Shown here piece after piece: positions 31,701 to 35,087 of a DNA stretch of 35,087 nt. This DNA is from Octopus bimaculoides. Lineage: Eukaryota. The stretch lies in contig NC_068986.1 in assembly GCF_001194135.2 (NCBI RefSeq), positions 23,036,653-23,071,739 on the forward strand, in the 5' to 3' direction. The notes beneath the pieces were generated by a model. That model was not told the DNA's origin, ran no database searches, and was given only the letters and a program-made list of their open reading frames with translations. Position 1 is the stretch's first letter. Every line of letters starts with the position of its first letter. The position numbers and the translations under genes were made by a program.

Positions 31701-34155
31701 ACTGCTACTTAATTTATCGACCCCGAAAAGATGAAAGGCAAAATCGACCTCGGCGGAATTTGAACTCAGAACGTAAAGACAGACGAAATACCGCTAAGCA
31801 TTTCGCCCGGCATGCTAACGTTTCTTCCAGCTCACCGCCTTAATAGATTAACATTAATGCGAAGAATATATGTACAAAATACCATGCATTCACACACGAA
31901 CATACGCGTATATAAATGTGAATGTGTATGTCTTTTTCTTTGAGTTTTATTTAAGTCCTTAAGAGAGTTCAAGCTGGTCGCTAACAAAGCGACAACACTC
32001 TTTAAGATAAGTGAGTTCCCGGTGTTTTTAAACATGTGGCTGAGTTGGATTATTGGTTGAACTGTCAATGCGTCCACCCAAGTATGTGCATCTGTTCAAA
32101 TAAGAATCTCAGATGGAAAAGTTTTAGAATGTCTTACACATCTTCACTGTGCCACCGATAGATTGGATTTAGAGAATCCGCATCAGTTTCTTTTGCTTAT
32201 TCTTTCGTCAAATCGGGTATTTCTTAGTTTTATGCATATTTGTTGGTACATAACCCAATGCACCTATGATGATGGATACGAATGAGAATTTATAGTCAGA
32301 GTACAAGAGCTGTATGTGTTTATGTATGTATGTGTGTATGTGTGTGTGTGTGCGAAGTACATTTATATACTTACGCCTGGTCCTGGAAGTCCACGAGCTC
32401 CAGCTTCCCCATCACGTCCATCTTCACCCTGAAATAAAATGGAAATTAGGTTTAATTATTAACAATACTTCGCTTTCTTTCATATCCCCCCTTTTTTTGT
32501 TTTGTCTTTAAATTCTTTAACCATTCACTCCTTTTGCTGGTCGTATTCCTCAAATCATTTTTAAATATCTTTTCATCACAAATTCTCCATTCCTTTGTCC
32601 ATCTGTCGCTACTTAAAGCAAAAAAGATGTGTGGAAATTTAAGTTGCTTATAAGACAAACCGGTATCGTTCTCTCATTCTGGTCACTCATAATCGTGGCT
32701 GTAATTGTTAAGGGATAAACGAGCCATGAAATAAACAGACTTATGAGAAAAAGTGATTCGGCTGCAAAAATATCGACTTTTCTTTTTTTTTTTTTTTTTT
32801 TTTTTGCGGACATGATGTTAAGGAGATATCTAAATAAATGATTTGGGCCAAGTCAACGGGTTTGTTTATTTCCCCACCCCTTTTTTCTATAACACAATAG
32901 TATTTTGATGCCTTAGTGCAAGCTTCGAACCAAGCTATAGAAGACGCATATGCTAAAGCATCTTACTGTAGGATCATTCCTAAAATAGTAAATATTTCCA
33001 CCACGAACTGCACTTTATTTTCTAATTCCTTCCGCTTTCGTAGCAGACATCCTTTTGGGTATTCTCGACATATGGAAAACATTTTTTGTTGTTATTTTAA
33101 ATAATGATACGTAAATATGATGAGTTAATTTATATCTTACGTTGTTTCCGGCAAGTCCACTAGGTCCAGGGGGTCCACGAGGTCCAGGTGATCCCTAAAA
33201 ATAAATAAAACATTTTTAAAATGCATAATATTCGATAAATATATGTTATATAAAAGTGTGTGTATGTGAGTGTGTGTAAATTTTCAAATCGAAATATATT
33301 TCAAAATTCAATTTTAAGATGTATAAGACATTAAGAAGTACTTACGGGTGGTCCGGCCTCTCCTGGGGCTCCACGTGGTCCTAAGTATCCTTGGGGTCCC
33401 TGGAGGTAAGAGCAAACAAAGATAAGTTAAAGCATATATAAGATAGTGTGTTTATGTCTGTGATTGTGTGCGTCTACAACTTAATAGGACATAAATTGTT
33501 TAAGGATTTAAAATACATAAAAATTTGCGAAACAGACCGTGCTAATTCATTGGATCTTCCAATTTGAGTTTCTTTTTTTTATGTATTCATTAATATTTAC
33601 ATATATTTCCAGCATTTTTTTTTTATAAATAGAACCCCTTATTTGTTGCAATACTTACAGGTGGTCCTGGAGGTCCATTGCTACCACGAGGTCCGGGATA
33701 TCCAGCACTGTAACTTGGGCCAGGTCTTGCAAAGCTTTGTCCTTTTTCGTCATAGCCGCCTCCAGTGTAAGGGGGTTGTCCCTGGACCTAATTTTAGAAA
33801 AAAAAATTAAAGACAATTTTTAAATGGTTCATAAAACTCGTTGGTATATTTGAAAGAAAAGAGTTAAAGATTTATTCATCACTGTAATTGTAACAGCCAG
33901 GTGGCTGTTGTTAGATATTTAGCAGTGCATCATGGGAATGTTAAGTCGAATTACTGTGATTAAACGAGTGTAGACAGGGGAGATGATCAGAGAAAAGATA
34001 GGAATTTAATAGTGACTGAGAATGAGAAAAAAATAGGAGAAGGGTTGAGATAAAGAAAAACAGAAAGAGTGAGTGTGTGGGCGGTGAGAAAAAGTTATGG
34101 TGTCTATCGTAAAATATAAAATTCAACTTACACTAGTGGGTGAATCAGATTCAAC
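4203..34155 (-). CDS. ColA: Fibrillar collagen pro-alpha chain gene, clade A type (COL1/COL2-like); spliced, 5' end outside window, several exons in gaps
   Basis: 38 GT-AG bounded exons or fragments splice into N-telopeptide, Gly-X-Y helix, C-telopeptide and COLFI domain ending EIGEVCFS-stop. Helical exons are phase 0 and multiples of 9 bp. The ColA paralog (a or b) cannot be determined here. Confidence 0.97.
5177..5374 (-). CDS. ColA: C-propeptide exon (198 bp) [29 protein letters not shown]...VRLDNCQ
   Basis: Acceptor ttacag, donor GTAAGT, phase 0/0. Contains QL.FL, the NIT N-glycosylation sequon, Cys6 and Cys7. Confidence 0.96.
5820..5888. repeat. (AAT)n microsatellite
   Basis: Read directly. 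Confidence 0.98.
5986..6060 (-). CDS. ColA: C-propeptide exon (75 bp) [25 protein letters not shown]
   Basis: Acceptor tcaatttcag, donor GTAAGC, open phase 0/0. The W aligns with the conserved KNW tryptophan. Confidence 0.88.
6105..6146. repeat. (AT)n microsatellite
   Basis: Read directly. Confidence 0.98.
6866..6880 (-). CDS. ColA: Probable 3' end (PTFRG) of the C-propeptide exon otherwise hidden in gap 6881-7322
   Basis: CCC ACT TTC AGG GGG then GTATTT donor, phase 0. Gives P plus 9 residues plus W, the same spacing as COL1A1 (P-TQPSVAQKN-W). Confidence 0.55.
6881..7322. other. Assembly gap; expected to hold most of the GxYWIDPN...TC exon
   Basis: N-run; this conserved segment is not found in the visible sequence between 6061 and 8178. 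Confidence 0.9.
7376..7590 (-). mobile_element. tRNA-derived SINE, family A
   Basis: Minus strand aggcggcgagctggcagaaacgttagc...ctgagttcaaattctgcc (A/B boxes), core gtcgactttgcctttcatcctttcggggtcgataaa, tail ctagagtagaaaagaa. Confidence 0.9.
7628..7790 (+). mobile_element. tRNA-derived SINE, family C
   Basis: gtggcctagtggttagggtg...gttcttgagcaagacacttc; homologous to 24488-24740. Confidence 0.8.
8179..8329 (-). CDS. ColA: First C-propeptide exon (151 bp) [50 protein letters not shown](G)
   Basis: Acceptor ttttaatag, donor GTTAGT, ends phase 1. Contains the coiled-coil segment and the G.K.NP..TC.D motif (Cys1). Confidence 0.95.
8495..8572 (-). CDS. ColA: C-telopeptide exon (78 bp) [26 protein letters not shown]
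   Basis: Acceptor attacag, donor GTAAGT, phase 0/0. Carries a COL2A1-like KGPDP cross-link lysine. Confidence 0.93.
8854..9040 (-). mobile_element. Family A SINE, diverged
   Basis: tgaaaggata...gttgacctcggtggaatttcaactcagaatgtaaag core. Confidence 0.8.
9102..9137 (-). CDS. ColA: Helix exon 36 bp [12 protein letters not shown] (1000-1011)
   Basis: TAG acceptor, GTAAG donor, terminal GPP repeats. Confidence 0.95.
9190..9552. repeat. Compound (AT/ATAC)n and (GA)n microsatellite
   Basis: Read directly. Confidence 0.95.
9648..9683 (-). CDS. ColA: Helix exon 36 bp [12 protein letters not shown] (988-999)
   Basis: TAG acceptor, GTAAG donor, perfect Gly-X-Y. Confidence 0.95.
9861..9932 (-). CDS. 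ColA: Helix exon 72 bp [24 protein letters not shown] (964-987)
   Basis: TAG acceptor, GTGAG donor, perfect Gly-X-Y. Confidence 0.95.
10213..10811. other. Assembly gap; no exon required
   Basis: N-run; the flanking exons join collinearly with COL1A1. Confidence 0.9.
11025..11132 (-). CDS. ColA: Helix exon 108 bp [12 protein letters not shown]...GPTGSR (928-963)
   Basis: TAG acceptor, GTAAG donor. The Lys aligns with helical cross-link K930. Confidence 0.96.
11295..11348 (-). CDS. ColA: Helix exon 54 bp [18 protein letters not shown] (910-927)
   Basis: TAG acceptor, GTAAT donor. Confidence 0.96.
12169..12222 (-). CDS. ColA: Helix exon 54 bp [18 protein letters not shown] (892-909)
   Basis: TAG acceptor, GTGAG donor. 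Confidence 0.96.
12322..12695 (-). mobile_element. Two tandem family A SINEs (about 12322-12460 degenerate, 12487-12695)
   Basis: ttatcgaccccgaatggataaaaggcaaagtcgacctcggcggtatttgaactcagaacg core, plus an older upstream copy. Confidence 0.8.
13059..13254. repeat. Compound (ATGT)n/(AT)n microsatellite
   Basis: Read directly. Confidence 0.95.
13281..13334 (-). CDS. ColA: Helix exon 54 bp [18 protein letters not shown] (874-891)
   Basis: CAG acceptor, GTAAG donor. Confidence 0.96.
13405..13530 (-). mobile_element. Family A SINE fragment
   Basis: gataaaaaagcaaagttaatatgggaggtatttgaactcagaaagtaaa. Confidence 0.65.
13653..13760 (-). CDS. ColA: Helix exon 108 bp [12 protein letters not shown]...GAPGIQ (838-873)
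   Basis: Acceptor ctcctttaag, GTAAA donor, 12 triplets. Confidence 0.95.
14107..14214 (-). CDS. ColA: Helix exon 108 bp [12 protein letters not shown]...GESGPA (802-837)
   Basis: TAG acceptor, GTACG donor. Confidence 0.96.
14878..14985 (-). CDS. ColA: Helix exon 108 bp [15 protein letters not shown]...GLSGAA (766-801)
   Basis: TAG acceptor, GTAAG donor. Confidence 0.96.
15429..15536 (-). CDS. ColA: Helix exon 108 bp [12 protein letters not shown]...GESGNT (730-765)
   Basis: TAG acceptor, GTAAG donor. Confidence 0.96.
15846..16007 (-). CDS. ColA: Helix exon 162 bp GKDGGPGRR...GPQGIAGEP...GPMGPP (676-729)
   Basis: TAG acceptor, GTAAG donor, 18 triplets. Confidence 0.96.
16590..16850 (-). 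mobile_element. Decayed RTE-clade LINE 3' fragment (end of ORF2)
   Basis: Translates [35 protein letters not shown], resembling the recalled RTE motif VQERRLRWYGHV...SWVKKC...GRGRPRKTW; contains an in-frame stop. Confidence 0.65.
16897..17004 (-). CDS. ColA: Helix exon 108 bp [12 protein letters not shown]...GATGAA (640-675)
   Basis: TAG acceptor, GTAAG donor. Confidence 0.96.
17256..17471 (-). CDS. ColA: Helix exon 216 bp GSPGPRGKD...GAP-APK-GDR...GAPGPA (568-639), one Gly replaced by Ala
   Basis: Acceptor tttctccag, GTAAG donor. Codon 17370-17372 is GCC at a Gly position. Confidence 0.96.
17987..18006 (-). CDS. ColA: 3' part of helix exon ending GPKGDT (predicted 54 bp, 550-567); 5' part in gap
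   Basis: GGA CCT AAA GGA GAT ACT then GTAAG; the sequence runs into Ns at 18007. Confidence 0.88.
18007..18353. other. Assembly gap; holds the 5' part (about 34 bp) of the exon ending GPKGDT
   Basis: The N-run starts inside the exon. Confidence 0.9.
18470..18523 (-). CDS. ColA: Helix exon 54 bp [18 protein letters not shown] (532-549)
   Basis: TAG acceptor, GTAAG donor. Confidence 0.96.
19281..19342. repeat. (AT)n microsatellite
   Basis: Read directly. Confidence 0.98.
19387..19485 (-). CDS. ColA: Helix exon 99 bp GEPGFAGEP...GEAGEG (499-531)
   Basis: TAG acceptor, GTAAG donor. Confidence 0.96.
20330..20428 (-). CDS. ColA: Helix exon 99 bp [12 protein letters not shown]...GTPGER (466-498)
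   Basis: TAG acceptor, GTGAG donor. Confidence 0.96.
20751..20832 (-). mobile_element. Family B SINE head fragment
   Basis: acttgcc...acgcagtgggatctga...gggaggcaagcttgttaaccac. Confidence 0.65.
20960..21105 (-). mobile_element. Family A SINE
   Basis: gtcgattgcattgacccc...aaagtcgacctgggcagaatgtgaactcaaaacgtaaa...gccgctaagc. Confidence 0.8.
21139..21192 (-). CDS. ColA: Helix exon 54 bp [18 protein letters not shown] (448-465)
   Basis: TAG acceptor, GTAAG donor. Matches COL1A1 GPAGERGEQGPAGSPGFQ. Confidence 0.96.
21583..21735. repeat. (ATGT)n/(AT)n microsatellite running into a gap
   Basis: Read directly. Confidence 0.95.
21736..22362. other. Assembly gap; expected to hold helix residues 412-447 (108 bp)
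   Basis: N-run; alignment of the flanking exons to COL1A1. Confidence 0.8.
22606..22704 (-). CDS. ColA: Helix exon 99 bp GNAGYDGKS...GLAGPKGDT (379-411)
   Basis: TAG acceptor, GTACG donor. Confidence 0.96.
22762..23092 (-). mobile_element. Two tandem family A SINEs (22762-22955, and truncated 22975-23092)
   Basis: gaaaggatgaaaggcaaagtcgacg...gctagctcgtcgc, then a second partial core aaaggatgaaagacaaa. Confidence 0.8.
23854..23907 (-). CDS. ColA: Helix exon 54 bp [18 protein letters not shown] (361-378)
   Basis: TAG acceptor, GTAAG donor. Confidence 0.96.
23980..24014. repeat. (GT)n microsatellite
   Basis: Read directly. Confidence 0.97.
24488..24740 (+). mobile_element. Family C SINE, near full length, with V-SINE-like central motif
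   Basis: Box A gtggcttagtggttag, box B ggtttcgattcc; gcgatggactggcgtcccgtccag resembles the V-domain as I recall it (unverified). Confidence 0.85.
24891..25335 (-). mobile_element. Two tandem family A SINEs (24891-25095, 25122-25335)
   Basis: Each has the aaaggcaaagtcg.cctc core and the tRNA head. Confidence 0.85.
25477..25521 (-). CDS. ColA: Helix exon 45 bp [15 protein letters not shown] (346-360)
   Basis: Acceptor ttttccag, GTAAG donor. Confidence 0.95.
25671..25885 (-). mobile_element. Family A SINE, young
   Basis: Near-identical to 7376-7590. Confidence 0.9.
25905..25986. other. Assembly gap (82 bp)
   Basis: N-run. Confidence 0.95.
25987..26250 (-). mobile_element. Family B SINE, diverged (tail fragment, microsatellite spacer, head)
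   Basis: gccgaactgctatgttac tail and acaacgggcttcc...ggggctatag...ttcttcactacaagcc head. Confidence 0.7.
26293..27052. other. Assembly gap; expected to hold helix residues 310-345 (108 bp)
   Basis: N-run; alignment of the flanking exons. Part could lie in gap 25905-25986. Confidence 0.8.
27223..27276 (-). CDS. ColA: Helix exon 54 bp [18 protein letters not shown] (292-309)
   Basis: TAG acceptor, GTAAG donor. Confidence 0.96.
27316..27388. repeat. (ATCT)n microsatellite
   Basis: Read directly. Confidence 0.97.
28125..28232 (-). CDS. ColA: Helix exon 108 bp GLSGSPGAP...GPEGKR (256-291)
   Basis: TAG acceptor, GTAAG donor. Ends like COL1A1 GEEGKR. Confidence 0.96.
28408..28608 (-). mobile_element. 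Family A SINE, young
   Basis: Near-identical to 7376-7590. Confidence 0.9.
28748..28795. repeat. (GA)n microsatellite running into a gap
   Basis: Read directly. Confidence 0.97.
28796..28836. other. Assembly gap (41 bp) after (GA)n; no exon required
   Basis: N-run; the flanking exons 223-255 and 256-291 are contiguous. Confidence 0.95.
28992..29090 (-). CDS. ColA: Helix exon 99 bp [12 protein letters not shown]...GEKGDT (223-255)
   Basis: CAG acceptor, GTAAG donor. Confidence 0.96.
29145..29356 (-). mobile_element. Family A SINE
   Basis: aaagcaaagtcgaccttggcggaatt...gcccggcgtgctaatgattctgcaagctcgccg. Confidence 0.88.
29616..29759 (-). CDS. ColA: Helix exon 144 bp (99+45 fused) GDAGLAGAR...GAKGDR (175-222)
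   Basis: TAG acceptor, GTAAG donor, 16 triplets. Confidence 0.96.
30515..30613 (-). CDS. ColA: Helix exon 99 bp GIRGNDGQL...GIAGAK (142-174)
   Basis: TAG acceptor, GTTAG donor. Matches COL1A1 GARGND...GAVGAK. Confidence 0.96.
30671..31455. other. Assembly gap; expected to hold helix residues 73-141 (207 bp), including the K87 cross-link site
   Basis: N-run; alignment of the flanking exons. Confidence 0.8.
31631..31841 (-). mobile_element. Family A SINE, young
   Basis: Near-identical to 7376-7590 and 28408-28608. Confidence 0.9.
32375..32428 (-). CDS. ColA: Helix exon 54 bp [18 protein letters not shown] (55-72)
   Basis: CAG acceptor, GTAAG donor. Confidence 0.96.
33141..33194 (-). CDS. 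ColA: Helix exon 54 bp [18 protein letters not shown] (37-54)
   Basis: TAG acceptor, GTAAG donor. Confidence 0.96.
33346..33399 (-). CDS. ColA: Helix exon 54 bp [18 protein letters not shown] (19-36)
   Basis: Acceptor cttacctccag, GTAAG donor. Confidence 0.96.
33659..33787 (-). CDS. ColA: N-telopeptide and helix-start junction exon (VQ)[41 protein letters not shown]
   Basis: GTAAG donor; YDEK telopeptide lysine motif. Two in-frame acceptors give a start at 33787 or 33781. Confidence 0.92.
34132..34155 (-). CDS. ColA: Candidate 24-bp micro-exon VESDSPTS (N-propeptide linker)
   Basis: Long pyrimidine tract then CAG, perfect GTAAGT donor, open in the phase 0 required by the next exon. Confidence 0.6.
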
Positions 34156-35087
34156 CTGTGGTCCGGAAAATAAGGGAGAGAAGAAAAAAAAATTATTGGT
34201 TATAATTTCTCTCTGTATTAACGTGTGATAACGGAAAATATATGAATGAAGAGAATAATAGGATAGTGGAATAAATAGATATGCAGAATAAATGATTTAT
34301 TACGGAATAAATTAATAAATGAATCGATCTATTAATGAGTATAGGTTATAAAGAACTCAAGGAATATCTGAATGACGATGTCAGCCAAATAATGATGCAA
34401 AAGAATAAACAAATAAAAAACTAAAGGAATGACTGACTGGATATAAAAGAGTGAAGAAATGACTGATTGTATATATATATATATTTCTTCGTTAAGTTAA
34501 GTGATGTTGTTCTTTCTCCTAATATTCTTGAACGTCTTATTCCATTTAATAGTTGATTACACTATCTTTATATATGTTTTATTTTTCCTGATCTACAGAA
34601 ATTATTTCTCCAATTGACGTTTTATGCCTTCAACTTGACAAATGTTTATTGTTATTATGATTATTATTATTATAAAACTTTGACACTTATTCATTTATTG
34701 TACTAAATTTTGCTTAAACGTACAGATTTTTCTACTTTTCTTATTTTATCGCATTTTTAAATATTAGGATACGTTTTTGAAGTTACTTGACCAAAAGAGT
34801 GTCCTCATTATGAGTGGTATTTATCTTGATCGATTCATTGTAGATTGACCAGATATTTTCCACTTTTATGTGGTCATGAAACGCGCATAGTCTTTCATTC
34901 ACTTTCGTTTTTATAAATTTACAAAACTGATTAAAATTTTTAATCTAATATTTTATAGATTTTATGGATTACAAATTTTCTCTTGGATTTTTTAGATTTT
35001 TAAACTAGCATTTTGTATAGTACGCTTTTCTTGATGGTGTCTGATCTCCTTCATCGTTTGAGTTGCACCATGGTGGTTCTTCTCTAA

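Noticed and set aside
1-35087. CRISPR arrays, prokaryotic operons, rRNA genes
   Set aside because: None is seen; the repeats are SINEs and microsatellites in a spliced eukaryotic gene.

Overview
AT-rich eukaryotic genomic DNA with eight N-gaps, dense microsatellites and many tRNA-derived SINEs. The repeat landscape looks cephalopod (Octopus-like); that is an inference, not a search result. Almost the whole window (about 4203-34155, minus strand) is one multi-exon clade-A-type fibrillar collagen pro-alpha chain gene, which the ORF track misses because its exons are small. I traced 38 exons or exon fragments by hand from GT-AG sites: an N-telopeptide (GGGYDEKG), a Gly-X-Y helix collinear with vertebrate COL1A1 (helix numbering is from my recalled COL1A1 sequence), a C-telopeptide (VKGPDP...YYG-DE) and a COLFI C-propeptide. 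About 207, 108, 108, 34 and roughly 90 bp of coding sequence are predicted to lie inside gaps. The best observations are: a single Gly-to-Ala helix imperfection at residue 598 of this chain; loss of C-propeptide Cys2 (heterotrimer prediction); KGWT in place of KGHR at the helical cross-link site; loss or shift of the GFOGER and MMP sites; and near-total sense-strand polarity of two SINE families inside the gene, whose antisense strands carry strong splice acceptors. I found no support for a wholly new gene system.
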